DNA of 64,000 nucleotides from Squalus acanthias (Eukaryota): NCBI GenBank assembly GCA_030390025.1, contig CM059438.1, positions 69,752,001-69,816,000 on the forward strand. The letters run 5' to 3'. How positions within the stretch are numbered: position 1 is the stretch's first letter; each line of letters opens with the position of its first letter. The notes beneath the pieces were generated by a model. That model was not told the DNA's origin. It worked only from the letters and a program-made list of their open reading frames with translations, and ran no database searches. This document shows, piece after piece, positions 24,795 to 38,005 of this stretch. The translations under genes were made by a program, and so were the position numbers.

Positions 24795-27190
24795 GTATAA
24801 TGTATAAGAAATCAGTATAAGTAAAGACCTAGTGCTGGAGAAATTAATGGGACTAAGTGGCAACAAATCCCCTGGACCTGATGACCTGCATCCTAGGATT
24901 TTAAAAGAGGTAGCTGCAGAGATAGTGGATGCACTGGTATTAATCTTCCACAATTCCCCAGACTCTAGGACAGTCCCCAAGGATTGGAAGGTAGCAAACA
25001 TAACCCCGCTATTTAAGAAAGGCGGTAGAGAAAAAACAGGGAACTATAGGCCAGTTAACCTGACATCAGTAGTAGGCAAAATGCTAGAATCTATTAGGGA
25101 CATGGCAACAGGGCACTTAGAAAATCATAATGGCCCAGAAATTGATCTCGCTCTGTTCCCGCGGGGGTAAGGCTTTCCCGCGATCTCTCACCTCGCTTGT
25201 GCTTTTTCAGATCCAGCTCGCACGAACTTGATGTTCTAGAGATCAGCTGGGCAGTGCTTGCGTATCCCAGCGGCGTAGTGAATTCGTGCGAGCTGTGGGA
25301 TCACGTGACTCAGTTAGAGCCAATGGCAGCACACCATCTTCCATTCATAAGTTTCACATAGGTGCTGTGAAATCTATGAATCTTACACCCCCCCAAAATA
25401 ACAGCTAAACCTCAATTAAATTTAAAAAAAAACCATCACATTAATAAAATAAGTATAGTTAATTAAATTAACCATTTTAAATAAAAATTAAATTTTTGAA
25501 ATTTTTTAAATCTTTTAAAAAGTTATAAAAATAAACTTACCTGTCTTTAAAGTCTCTAAAAAAGATATACCTGTTAAAAAAAATTCAAAAAAATACTTAA
25601 TTCACTACTTACCTTCTTAAAAGTGGGTCTTACTCCTCCTTTTTACATTTCTAAAATCTTCAGTACTTACCTGCGCGTCCAAAGCATGAAGTGCACAGCG
25701 TGCGCGCAGCCTGTAGCGCGCACGCGATGCACCGAGGAACCGCCCCCTTTTCAAAAGAGCAATTGCCGGTTTTCAGCGCATGCGCAGGGCATGCAGAAAA
25801 CCGGCAATTGGAGTGGGAATACGCGAGAGTACGCAGTGCGTACTCTCGCGTCGCGGGATCAATTTCTGGGCCAATATGATTAGGCAGAGTCAACATGGTT
25901 TTATGAAAGGGAAATCGTGTTTGACAAATCTGTTAGAATTTTTTGAAGATGTAACTAGTAGGATGGATAAGGGGGAACCAGTGGATTTAGTGTATTTGCA
26001 TTTTCAAAAAGCATTCAATAAGGTGCCACACAAGAGGTTATTACACAAAATTAGGACTCATGGGATTGAGGGTAATATATTAGCATGGATTGAGAATTGG
26101 TTAATGGACAGAAAACAGAGAGTAGGAATAAACAGGACTTTTTCGGGTTGGCAGGCTGTAACTAGTGGGATACCACAAGGATCAGTGCTTGGGCCTTAGC
26201 TATTTACAATCTATATTAATGACTTAGATGAAGGGACTGAGTGTAACGTATCCAAATTTGCTGATGATACAAAGTTAGGTGGGAAAGTAAGCTGTGAGGA
26301 GGACGCAAAGAGGCTGCAGAGAGATATAGACAGGTTGACTGAGTGGGCAAGAACATGGCAAATGGAATACAATGTGGGGAAGTGTGAAGTTATCCACTTT
26401 GGTAAGAAAAACAAAAAAGCAGAATATTTTTGGAATGGTGAGAGACTGGGAAATGTTTCCATTCAGAGGGACCTGGGTGTCCTTGTACATGAATCACAGA
26501 AAGTTAACATGCAGGTACAACAAGCAATTAGGAAAGCAAATGGTATGTTTGCTTTTGTTACAAAGGGATTATAGCATAAGAGTAAAGAAGTCTTGCTACA
26601 ATTACACAGGGCATTGGTGAGGCCACACCTGGAGTACTGTGTACAGTTCTGGTCTCCTTACCTAAGGAAAGACATACTTGCCTTAGAGGAAGTGCAACAG
26701 AGGTTCACTAGACTGGTTTCTAGGTTGAGGGTATTGCCCTATGAGGAGAGATTGAGTAGACTAGACCTATATTCCCTAGAGTTTAGAAGAATGAGAGGTG
26801 ATCTAATTGAAACATATAAAATTCTTAAGAGGCTTGACAGGGTTAATGCTGAGAAAATGTTTCCTCTGGCTGGGGAATCTAGAACACGGGGTCACAGTCT
26901 CAGAATAAGGGGTCGGCCATTTAGGACTGAGATGAGGAGAAATTTCTTCACTCAAAGGGTTGTGACTCTTTGGAATTCTCTACCCCAGAGAGATGTGGAT
27001 GCTCAGTCGTTGAGTATATTCAAGCCAGAGGTCGATGAATTTTTGGGAACTAAGAGGATTAAGGGATACGGGGATAGTGCGGGAAGGTGGAGTTGATGTA
27101 GAAGATCACCCATGATCTTGTAGAATGGCGGAGCAGGCTTGAAGGGCCAAATGGCCTACTCCTGCTCCTATTTCTTACGTTATGTATGTA
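24795..27190 (+). mobile_element. CR1 LINE, 5'-truncated ORF2 pseudogene interrupted by a MITE
   Basis: KSPGPDDLHPRILKE, GNYRPV, QSQHGFMKGKSCLTNL, PQGSVLGP, FADDT and RPHLEYCVQFWSP motifs plus 3' UTR. Confidence 0.95.
25132..25872. mobile_element. Harbinger-type MITE (family C) inserted in CR1
   Basis: TIR GGCCCAGAAATTGATC / GATCAATTTCTGGGCC; TSD AAT; removing it restores CR1 CATAATATGATTAGG. Confidence 0.95.
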
Positions 27191-27911
27191 ATTTGTTTTC
27201 TTACATTTATCAGCATATCAAATTAACACCTCATTCTATTTTGGTGATAATTTTAACGTGTTTCGGTATGGTATATGATTTTTATTTGCCATTTCTCACT
27301 CGGATGAATAATTAATGAGCTGCAATCCAAACCTATGACAGATGAGGAGTGGCAGCCTTGATGGTCAGATTTCAAAAGGAGTTCACTTAAAAAGAAAGAT
27401 CTAAGAAATTCTTAGGGTTGTGAATGTTAAGCATTTGCCACTTGACCTGTCCGGTTATTCTCCCCTCAGTGAAGTCTTTGAAAACAAACTTGACATGAAT
27501 CTGTCATTCATGAAAGAAAGACTTATGAAATAATACTGAGTGGCCTGTGAGTGGCACTGTCCAGGGAGAGTATAAATACTCGGGCACGGGCCCAGCTTGC
27601 GCAGGACATTCTTAACAGGAACTAGTGAATGACACAACTAGACCTCCATGTTGTAAAACAGTTGATTAAAGCTTTGTTTAACGCTTAGCCCAAGTGCCTA
27701 GTAGTTTTCTTAACGTCAAAACTCATCTTACTTTCCTCCATGGATCCCTGCTGTCTCCTTTTGCTAACTTAAAAGTGAAGCAGACATTGTCCAGTGATGT
27801 CCTGATAATGGTGAGATGAACATTTACTTCCAAATGGCTGTTTTCAAATTGATCGGTAACATTGCAGTCGCCACTGAATTTTGACCAGAACTTGACATTC
27901 CTCAGGTTATA

Positions 27912-29372
27912 TAATCATAGAAACTTACAGCACAGAAGGAGGCCATTCGGCCCATCGTGCCTTTGCTGGCTCTTTGAAAGACCAGTTGTGCTTAGTCCCA
28001 CACCCCTGCTTTTGGTCCATAACCCTGTAAGTTCCTCATCCTCAAGTACCTGTTCAACTCCCTTTTAAAATTATTTCTGGAATCAGCTTCCACCACCTTT
28101 TCAGAGAGAACGTTCCAGATCTCGACAACTCTCTGAGTGAAAAAATGTTGTCCCCATCTCCCCTCTAGATCTTTTGCCAATGATTTTAAATCTATGACCT
28201 CTGGATATTGACCCACTCGCCAGAGGGGATAGTTTTCTCTATGTACTCTATCAAAACCTCTCATCATCTTAAAACCTCTATTAGGTCACCTCTTAACCCT
28301 CTCTGTTCCCAGGAGAACAGTCCTAACTTTTCCAACCTCTCCTCATAATTTAAGTTCCTCAATAGGCATACCAATTTGTCCTTGTACAAGACCTTGGTCA
28401 GGCCTCACATGGAATATTGTGTCCAGTTTTGGTCTCCTCACATGGTGGGAGATATTGAGACTTTGGACAGGGTGCAGAGTAGGGCCATTAGACTAATTCC
28501 CAGTATAAATCATCTTGGTTATCAAGATAGGCTGAAAGAGTTGGGTCTCTACACTTTAGAGAAGCGTAGACTTAGGGGTGACCTGATTGAGGTTTATAAG
28601 ATGATGAAGGGGATAGATTGTGTTCCAGCTGACAGCTTGTTCCAATTAAATAGGTTAGGGAGGACTAGGGGTCACAATTTTGAGTTGTTTAAGGCCAGAT
28701 AAGGTTGATATCAGGAGGTGGTTCTTTTCCCAGAGAATAGTGGACCTCTGGAACAAGCTGCCATCTGGTGCCGTGGACGTTGATTCACTAAATTCCTTCA
28801 AGCGAGAGCTGGGCCTGTTTTTAGTTGGGGCGGACACCATCTCTTACAAAAGGTAGGGAATTCAGGGCCAGAGTGATCTGCTGGATTGGTTTCGATCGCC
28901 TAGATGGGTCGGAGAGGAATTTCCCAGGTTTTTCCCCCCAAATTGGCCTGGGTTTTTATCTGTTTTTTCGCCTCTCCCAGGAGATCACCTGGTTTCAGGT
29001 GGAGTGGAGACTGTATATATTGTGACACACAAGGTGTCACAATTGTGTGGGACAGGCTGGATGGACCAGAGGGTCTTAATTGTCCGTCAATGTTTGTATC
29101 GCTAGTAGCATCCGAGTAAACCACCTCTGTGCCCTTTCTAAGGCCTTTACATCTTTCCTGAAATGTGGTGCCCAGAATTGTCCACAATACTCCAGCTGAG
29201 GCCTAACCAGTGATTTATAACGTTCCAGCATGATCTCTTTGCTTTTATATTCTATGCCTCTATTTATTAACCTAAATAACCCATATGCTTTTTAAATCAC
29301 CTTATCAACTTGCCCTGCCACCTTTAAGGATTAGTGTATATGGTAACCAAGGTCTCTCTGCTCATCTACTCT
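27912..29372 (-). mobile_element. CR1 3' fragment split by a second CR1
   Basis: Tail and FFTQRVV motif at 27912-28360; continuation at 29098-29372. Confidence 0.85.
28361..29097 (+). mobile_element. CR1 of a different subfamily nested in the preceding CR1
   Basis: LYKTLVRPHMEYCVQFWSP...EKRRLRGDLIEVYK, with a long distinct 3' UTR. Confidence 0.9.
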
Positions 29373-30625
29373 GCCTTCTCCCTTTTGAGTAAATTAAGAA
29401 CGTGGCTGCGATATTGCCACAATAACACTTGGGTAAGCAGAAGAATTACAAAGGGTCATCTTTCAATGGGGCTGGGGAATTTTGATTAGAAATGTTTCTT
29501 TCCTGGGGGATAGATCATATTTACTTAGTCAGCATTGTGCTCGAGCAAAAGCAATGGATTTTAGTTACATGCCAAGAGCTAGGGCTGTTGTCTGGCTGCT
29601 AGATGGTGATAATACGATCAATACAGAATTGTCCCGAGCATAGGCTGCCAGGCACTTGACTGGTTAATCATTGATCATTATTAAATGCTATTAGATAACT
29701 TTGTCAGCTACCACTAAATCGTTTGTGCAGTGATGGGGATACTTACTGAGTCTTCTCTTTCTGACCTACAATTGAGGTAACTGGGAGAATTTGTTGTATA
29801 ATGGCCGGTTTATTCTACTAACTTATTCCTAGTAATAGCAGAGGAGTTTTTCTCCTGATAATTGTTCATGAGCTACAAGCAGAAGGTCAAGCTGCAGGTC
29901 GTATTATTTTCGAAAAAGTTGCGAATCACTTTATTTATAGGACAGGATCAGATTCAACTGTGACTTTCCCTGTCCGCAAAGCTGTAGCCGAATCGCCTGT
30001 CTATATATGGTGGCGAGGCTCACCAATGAATAATGGGCACCCAGGACCAGAGGATGACTGGTGCAGTCGATTCAAACTCCAACACGGAGTCAACACCTGC
30101 AGAAGAGAGAAGAAAATTAATGAGTGGAGGAAAAAAGGGAATCACAGCGATGTTTTTTATAATGAGGGTATCAGGAGATCGAGGAGATGACCTTGTGTCC
30201 TTCACCATTGTGTTTCTGAGCACCAGTTGTCAAGACAATAAAGCAGGGTGCCAACCCCATGTAATTCCTTCAATGATCCAAATATAACTCTCTCTCTTAT
30301 TTTCTTAATTAGTACAAGAGAAAATAAATCACCATACACTTTACGCATAAGCCCACCTTTAGGCCTGGTGGTCCTATTTTAATGAGAACTCCGGAGACTA
30401 AGTCATCTATCTTGGTTGCTGCCTTATTTTCTGGGATTAGTGATCTGAACAAGCTCCTGAGGTACAGCACTATGAAATATTCACATGGGGTCTAAGGATG
30501 CTTACCTTAAATAAATTACTCAGTGCCATTAGTACCAAGAAACTTGTCTGACAAGCAAATGTACAAGAGAAAATAAAAACACGTAGGAGGTGAAGTCCCT
30601 GAAAACTGATCATTGCACCACAGAA

Positions 30626-31106
30626 TTTTTTTTTTTTTATTCGTTCATGGGATGTGGGCATCGCTGGCTGGCAAGGCCGGCGTTTATTGCCCATCCCTAG
30701 TTGCCCTCGAGAAGGTGGTGGTGAGCTGCCTTCTTTAACCGCTGCAGTCCTTGTGGTGAAGGTGCTCCCACAGTGCTGACTTTGTCAGAGCGGTTTGGTC
30801 CAACTGAGTGGCTTGCTCGGCCATTTCAGAGGCAACCACACTGCTGTGGGTCTGGAGTCACATATAGGCCAGACCGGGTAACGACGGCAGGTTTCCTTCC
30901 CTGAAGGACATTAGTGAACCAGTTGGGTTTTTACGACAATCACCATTACTGATACTAGCTTTTTAATTCCTGATTTATTTAATTAACTGAATTTAAATTC
31001 CCCCCTGCTGCTGTGCGTGGAATTTGAACTCACATCTCCTAGGATTATTAGTCCAGGGCCTCTGGATTGCTAGTCCAGTAACATAACCACTATGCTGCCG
31101 TACCCC
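30626..31106 (-). mobile_element. tRNA-derived SINE with LINE-derived tail
   Basis: Minus head GGGGTACGGCAGCATAGTGGTTATGTTACTGGACTAG...GAGTTCAAATTCC; ends CCCACATCCCATGAACGAATAAAAA(n). Confidence 0.8.
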
Positions 31107-31530
31107 TATTTGGGTGGAGGTAAGTTGTTTTCACCAGGGTTTCAGTAAAGTCTAATGGTAAAGTTTGTATATTGTACCCACTTGAACAGTAAAGATTGCG
31201 ACACAGTTATGGATTTTGCTTTTCCAAGAGCATTTCTGAGCTCACACCAGGGTGAAATGCTGATGGTTACAGTTCTGTCACTGGCAGTGGGAACAGCTTA
31301 AGGTGATGAATTAAGAATATCGTACAAGACCCATCGTGGCACAACATTACAGTGTATTGCTATAGTGAATTGATAGTATGCTAAAGCAGCCTAATGACAA
31401 CACTGAATGCGCAAAATTGATCTCTCGTTCAGCTGAAATATTTGGAATGTAATTTCTGCAATATGTTGTAAATATTTCCTGTGAGTCAAAAATGAAAAGT
31501 AAGAGGATTATGTACCCCAGACCAGTAAAT

Positions 31531-32243
31531 GGCCTGTATTTTCCGATGCCTACGGGTGTGTACACACCCGTAGGGACATCAGAAATGCCGGTTTTAGGCA
31601 TGCAAAGCGCATGCGCTGAAAACCGGCATTTCCGATTTGTCAAGAATCCTTTTGACAGATCGGACACCTGCCCTAGAGAAGGGCCTCTGCGGGTGGAGAG
31701 TTCCGCTTTCTGCAGAACCTCCGCCCACTGAAATCACTTAAAAATCTTACGCCTGGTAAAAGCAAGCGTAAGGCCTGCTTGTACCAGCATAAGAGTTCAA
31801 AAAAGTTTTTTAAAAATTCACTCATTTGTAATTTAAAAACACTTTAAAAAAAGGTAAGTTTATTTTTAGCCCCATAAAAAACTTTAATTATTTTGTTTAA
31901 AATATTTAATTTAATGTAATTTTAACTGATTTTTAAAAATGTGATGGTTTTTTAAAAAATGTATTTAATGTTTTAGTGTCTTTTTTCAGTGATCCCCATT
32001 CATACTTTTGACAGGTCTATCTGTCAAAAGTATGAAGGGGGATTCCCTTCTTTCATTGGCTCGTCTGGCCCACGTGATCCCAGGGACGCTTGCAAACCGC
32101 ATGCGCCCCTGGGATACGTGGGCCCTGCGCATTTCGACTGTGGAGAGGCCCAGGATCGGAAGTGTCCGGACCTCGGGAGCCCTCCGGTAAGGGCGTAGAT
32201 TTTTTCCCGATAGGAGGCATCCGCACGCAGGAAATTACGGGCC
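31531..32243. mobile_element. Harbinger-type MITE (family D)
   Basis: Ends GGCCTGTATTTTCC / GGAAATTACGGGCC; flanks AAT/AAA; inverted relative of 42735-43484; 26-bp perfect palindrome at 31549-31574. Confidence 0.85.
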
Positions 32244-32294
32244 AAAGCGTTTCATCTTTTTTATGTGCAGACAGAAATGGCGTGAAAACCAAAT

Positions 32295-32770
32295 AGAGAA
32301 TATGATGTAGATTCACCAGGATGGTAGCAAGGATAAGAAACAACAGTAATGAGGAGATACTTGTGATACTTGGGACTATTTCCTGTGGAGCAGAGAAGGC
32401 TAAAAGGAGATTTAATAGAGGTTTTTAAAATGTTAAGGGGTCTATACAGGGTGAATAAGAGGAAAACTTTTTTCAGGTTGGGAGTCTGTGGTAAAGGGCC
32501 ATCAATTTAAAATTGTCACATATAGAGTGAAGAGAGAGTTCAGGAGAAGTCAGAGATTGTTAGAGAATGGGATGGTTTGCCACAGGGCATAGTTGAAGCA
32601 GACACCATTATACCTTTAAGAGAAGAGTAGATAAATATTTCAAGCAGATGATAATACAGGGCTATGGAGAGAGAACAGGGGAGTGGAATTTGATTTGGAT
32701 TGCTCTATCAAAAAGCTAGCACAGACACAATGGGCCAAATGGCCTCCTTCTGTGCTGTAAACCTCTATGG
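32295..32770 (+). mobile_element. Decayed CR1 3' end
   Basis: GAGCAGAGAAGGCTAAAAGGAGATTTAATAGAGG and tail GGGCCAAATGGCCTCCTTCTGTGCTGTAA. Confidence 0.85.
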
Positions 32771-33183
32771 TTCGATGCAATCTGTCCATTTACACGATGC
32801 TGTTATATATATATCTGCAATGTTTTTACTTGAGGACAATTTTAGTGACCAGAAAACAGAAGACAAAATGGCTGGCTATAGTTGTATCACTCGTGCCTTC
32901 CTGTAAATGGATTTGTGTCCTTCACAAGTGTGTCCTGGTCTGCTGGTGAAGGAAACATTAATTAGAACAAAAACTATCTGAACAGCTGCACTCACATTGT
33001 GTGTGAGGACACTGCAGCCTGATTTTGTGGGGGCCACACAGGCTGCTGGCATGGATCAGAATATGGTGCAGCGCCCTAGCATGACTAACTCATGGGGTAC
33101 CTGATTTTCCAATGGGTAATATGTGGAAAAATAATGAGACTGCACTAGGGGCATGCGCGGTTTCATTTCAATGTTTAAATACT

Positions 33184-33932
33184 GGGCCAAAAATTCGGCA
33201 CTTGCCGGGTGAGTACGTGCTGTGTACTCACCCGTAAGGCCTCCTGAAGTGCCGGTTTCCTGCATGCACTGCGCATGCGCAGGAAACCGGAACTTCCGGT
33301 CTCGTGAAGGGAGCAGTTCAGAGGTGAACCGCGTGCGTGGTAGAGGCTGCGCGCACGCAGCAAACTTAGGTTTTTATTCAGGTTTCTCCGGGAGGGTAAG
33401 TATTGAAGAACCTGCGCTTTTAAAAAGGAGGCGCAGGACCCGTGGTTAATTAATTATAATTTAAAAAAATTTTCAACAGATTTATCTTTTTTAGATACTT
33501 TAAAGAAAGGTAAGTTTATTTTTAGCACTGTTAAAAAGTATTTTAATTTTTTCAAAAATTAAAATTTTTGTTTAAAGTAGTTAATTTATTTAACTTATAG
33601 TTATTTTAAAAATGTGGGTGTTTTTTTTAAATTTATTTGAGGTTTAGCTGTTCTTTTGGGGCCGATTTCAATTCATAGATTTGACAGGTCTTCCTGTCAA
33701 ATTTATGAATGAAAGATGGTCTGCTGCCATTGGCTCTCCATGGCCCATGTGATCCCAGGGGACGCATCGCACTAACTACGCCCCTGGGACATGCAAGCAC
33801 TGCGCGCCGGCAGTTGGGGCAGGCCCAGGAGCTGAAGTCCCCGTGGGCCAGAAGCAGAACGGCAGACACGGTAGGTAAGTGCACGCGCGATCCTTACCCC
33901 CGCGGCAAGCCGGAGAGGCGAATTTCTGGGCC
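33184..33932. mobile_element. Harbinger-type MITE (family C-like, inverted relative to 25132)
   Basis: Ends GGGCCAAAAATTCG / CGAATTTCTGGGCC; TSD ACT. Confidence 0.9.
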
Positions 33933-34089
33933 ACTATTATAAAGTGTTCCACACCAGATTTTCCATCTTTGTGTAAGGCTCCACCCAGAGCACGAGCTTC
34001 ACCCATAAAACTGGATGCTGGGGACTCCCAGGACTTGGCATGTTAAAGGTTAGAAGGTAGGTTTCTGATCAAGGGTGTGGGTGGGGTGG

Positions 34090-34275
34090 GCATTGTAGGG
34101 CTGGAGGAGATTACAGCGATAGGGAGGGGCGAGGCCATGGAATGATTTGAAAATATGGATGAGAATTTTAAAATTGAGGTGTTGCTTAACCCGGGGGCAT
34201 TGCTTAACCGGGAGCCAATGTAGGTCAGCGAGCACAGGGGAGATGGGTGAGCAGAACTTGGTGCGAGTTAGGACT
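34090..34275 (-). mobile_element. L2 LINE ORF2 C-terminal fragment
   Basis: ISPVLADLHWLPV...FKILIHIFKSFHGLAPPY motif. Confidence 0.85.
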
Positions 34276-35264
34276 ACTCCTGGACTTGTGTTCATAGACA
34301 CCTCGACATGTACCTGGTCATAATCAGAGAAGATTTATCTTTGCCATCTGAGCTTCCTTCAGGAGACAAGCTGAACAGAGCTGTGTCTTCTGCTGTACAA
34401 TGCCATGTATGCAACAGCTTAGAGAAGGCCCATTGGCCAAAGCTGTTATGCTATCCAGCCCTTTCAAACCACCTCAGCAAACATCTGGCACATCAGTGCA
34501 CACATGTAGCCAGCAATAACCATTAGGTTGGCTAGGAGCAACACCATCATAATTTTTCCTGTAGAAAAGAGACATCAGATATAAAGGATGCCTTGCTTTC
34601 ACCAGTAGGGTTCCCTTGAGCGCAATGTGCCATACTTGGTACCAATGTGGGCATCAGGGCTCTTCATGTCTTGCAGAATGGGCATGTAATTGACAAATGA
34701 CCTCAATATAGATAATTTTGATGTGGAGTAATCAGATCAGCCATGATCTTATTGATTGGCGAAGCAGGCTCAAGGGGCCGAGTGGCTGACTCCTGCTCCT
34801 AATTCGTATGTTCATATGTATGTTCGTGTGGTACATTTTGATAGGAAGAATAAGGAGGCCACATCCTCCTTGGAAAATAAGTGTCTAAATGGGGTAGAGG
34901 AACTGAGGGATCTGGGGGTACCAATACACAAATCACAAAACAAAGAGGCACAGGTTTATCAGGCCATAAAAAAATGAACAAAGCACTGGGGTTGATTTCT
35001 AGAGGGATAGAATTGAAAAGCAGAAAAATTATATTAAAGTATATAGACCCTTGGTTAAATCGCACTTGGAGTACTGTGAACAGTTCTGGTCTCCATGTTA
35101 TAAAAAGGATATAGAGGCACTGAAGATAATGCAAAAATAATTTACTAGGATGATACCAGAACTGAGAGGTTATACCTGTCAGGACATATTGAACAAGCTG
35201 GCGATATTTTCTCTCGAAAAATGAAGACTGAGCAGTGACCTGATAGAGGTCTTTATTAGTCATA

Positions 35265-36154
35265 GGGGGAAAAATTCGGTTGCTTTGCGCCTCCCGTTAG
35301 TACCCTAAGAGGGCGCTAATGGGTCGCAAAGTAATTAGCGCCCAGGGGCAGTGATGTTTGCGCCGTTAGCGAAATTGACCAGACATTTTGCGGCGGCGCT
35401 AAACACTACCGCCACGATCTCCTGCACCCGCAGATCGTGACGTCAGTCGATCGTGCAACGCCCCAGTAGCGCCCCGGACCGGATATTGAGTGGCGCCCCC
35501 TGCCTTACCGCCTGCCGCTAGCAACAACAGGTTGAGGGGAACGTTTTGCAGTCGGGAAGGGACTGGGGGAGCGCTATTTAAAGGCGACTGCTTCCTGACT
35601 TTTTTTGTCGGCGACATTTTTGCACCACGCATTCTGAGAGAGAGAGAGACTTCTGGAGAAATTCAACGCTGTGTGAAGGACTTTTGAGTACTGAGCTGCA
35701 CTTTGCAGGTTCATTTTGATTTGACCTTCCTTGAATCGATTTAGAAAAGACTGTGGAGGCTGCACTCTGAGCTCTTTCCCTGGGTGCCTCCATTGTTCTT
35801 TCCAGCAGATTTGATGTACAGGTCTCTCCAGGCTGAGATTCAAGGCTGCAATGAGCAGGTTGTGGATGGAGAGCAAGATCGACCCTCCCCTTTAAGAACT
35901 GGCCGGCGCCAGTGTGTCTGTGTTCCATTGCTGACTGACATCACATGAGCTTCGCCAGCGCTCTGAGATAGCGTCTCGCTCTTCGGCGTTAGCGCCTTAA
36001 GAGAGGTGTGTAGTGCCTGATTTAGCGCTCCAATCACCTTCAGGGGCGATAGAAGCCAAGTTTGCAGTTGGAAGTGATAATTACCGCCAGGCGCTAAACT
36101 TTGTGCCCGGCCAATAATTGCGCCCCAAACGGGGCGATACCGAATTTTTCCACC
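35265..36154. mobile_element. Harbinger-type MITE (family A, inverted relative to the other copies)
   Basis: GGGGGAAAAATTCGG / CCGAATTTTTCCACC; TSD ATA; inserted in a CR1 tail repeat. Confidence 0.95.
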
Positions 36155-37155
36155 ATAGAGTCATAACGGCACAGAAGGAGGCCATTCAGCCCATCGAGTC
36201 CGTGCCGGCTCTCTGTGGAGCAATCCAGTCAGTCCCATTCACCGCTGTATCCCCGTAGCCCTGCAAGTTTATTTCCCTCAAGTGCCTATCCAGTTTCCCC
36301 TTGAAAACATTGAGTGTCTCCACTTCCACCACTTCCGTTGGCAGCGAATTCCAGGTCCTCACCACTCGCTGTGTAAAAAAGTTTTTCCTCACATCTCCCC
36401 CTGTATCTCCTGCCCAAAACTTTAAATCTGTGTCCCCTAGTCCTTGTACCATCAACTAGTGGGAACAGCCTTTCCCTATCTAGCCTATCCAAACCCATCA
36501 TAATCTTGTACACCTCTATCAAATCACCCCTCAACCTCCTTTGCTCTAAGGAAAACAAATCCAGCTTCTCCAACCTGTCCTTGTAGCTAAGATCCCCCAT
36601 CCCCGGACCCATTCTGGTAAATCTCCTCTGCACCCTCTGAAGGGCCTTCACATCCTTCCTGAAGTGTGGTGACCAGAACCTGATGCAATACTCCAGTTGT
36701 GGCCTAACCAGCACTTTATAAAGGTTCAGCATAACTTCTCTACTTTTGTACTCAATACCTCTATTTACGAAGCCCAAGATCCCATATGCTTTGTTAACCA
36801 CTCTCTCAATATGTCCTGCCACCTTCAGGCACCTATGCACATTAACTCCCAGGTCCCTCTGTCCCTGCACACTCTCTTTAAAACTGTGCCATTAAGTGTA
36901 TATTGCCTCTCCCTGTTCCTCCTGCCAAAATGCATCACCTCACACTTCTCTGTATTAAATTCCATCTGCAACTTGCCTGCCCATTCTGCTAGCCTTTCTA
37001 TGTCCTGTTGCAGTCGATTGATATCATCATCACTGTTTGCCACACCCTAAAGTTTGGTGTCATCGGCAAATTTAGAAATTCTACTCTGTATTCCAATATC
37101 CAGGTCATTTATATATATCAAAAAAAGCAGTGACCCCAGCACTGACTCTTGGGGA
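36155..37155 (-). mobile_element. CR1 LINE 3' kilobase
   Basis: RPQLEYCIRFWSPH, EQRRLRGDLIEVYK and NFFTQRVV motifs. Confidence 0.95.
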
Positions 37156-37789
37156 AGATTATGAAAGGATTTGATAGGGTAGATGTAGAGAAGATGTTTC
37201 TACTTGTGGGCGAGACCAGAACTAGGTGCCATAAATATAAGATAGTCACTAAAGTCCAATAGGGAATTCAGGTGAAACTTTTTTACCCAGAGAGTTGTTA
37301 GAAAGAATAGTTGAGGCGAATAGCATAGATGCATTTAAGGGGAAGTTAGATAAACACATGAGGGAGAAAGGAATAGAAGAATATGTGGATGAGGTTAGAT
37401 GAAGAAGGGTGGGAAGATACTCGTGTGGAACATAAATACTGGCATGGACCTGTTGGGCCGAATGGCCTCTTTCTGTGCTGTAAATACTATGTAAAACTAT
37501 GTATATCAATCCCATGGAATTCAGAAAGCTGCCTTAATGCCTTCATCGTACGACATTCCACGGTGCCTGCATTATTTGAAGGAGAAGAAACAATTCTCTC
37601 AGGGCTATCCTGTGCATTCGTATTGATGACTTCACCTGACAGCAGAGGAGCACCTTGGCTGGAAACCTCAGCAATCTGTTTGATGTTCCTCACCAGCCTC
37701 TTCCGCCTCACAGAAAAATACCACGCAGCTAAGTACAATCATTGTGCAAACTGGTTGTAATGGTACCTCCCAGAAGGTGCAGCAGTTCC

Positions 37790-38005
37790 CAATTCAGATT
37801 TGTCCCGTACTTGATGGGCTGCACAAACAATGTGTATGAAAGTGAGCAGCCGCTTCCCTCTCTTGCGTTTGACACCAGCAGACTTCTTCCTCATTTGCAC
37901 CCAGGTACGAGGGAACAAGTTGACTCTTGTAACTTGGTTGACGACTTCCCTCCTGCAACTGCACCTCCAACTCTACGGATTCAAAGCGAACAGTCTTGCC
38001 CAACT
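37790..38005 (-). pseudogene. Decayed Myb/SANT-like DNA-binding domain (Harbinger ORF-like)
   Basis: GKTVRFESVELEVQLQE, then after a frameshift REVVNQVTRVNLFPRTWVQMRKK (compare RFxxxELExL...PRTWxQCRKK). Confidence 0.5.

Larger units (their letters stand above)
34823..37500 (+). mobile_element. CR1 split by an antisense CR1 and a MITE; preceded by another CR1 tail at about 34720-34822
   Basis: ...GATAGAGGTCTTTA at about 35255 joins AGATTATGAAAGG at about 37157. Confidence 0.85.

Noticed and set aside
25780..26199. ORF with unusual N-terminus fused to RT
   Set aside because: MITE end read through into CR1; same kind of artefact.
24795..27190. Possible active LINE
   Set aside because: 5'-truncated, with stops and frameshifts, and interrupted. 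No LINE in the window has an intact ORF2.
29960..30287. Plus-strand ORFs that look protein-like
   Set aside because: Overlapping short frames, no recognisable domain, weak splice signals.
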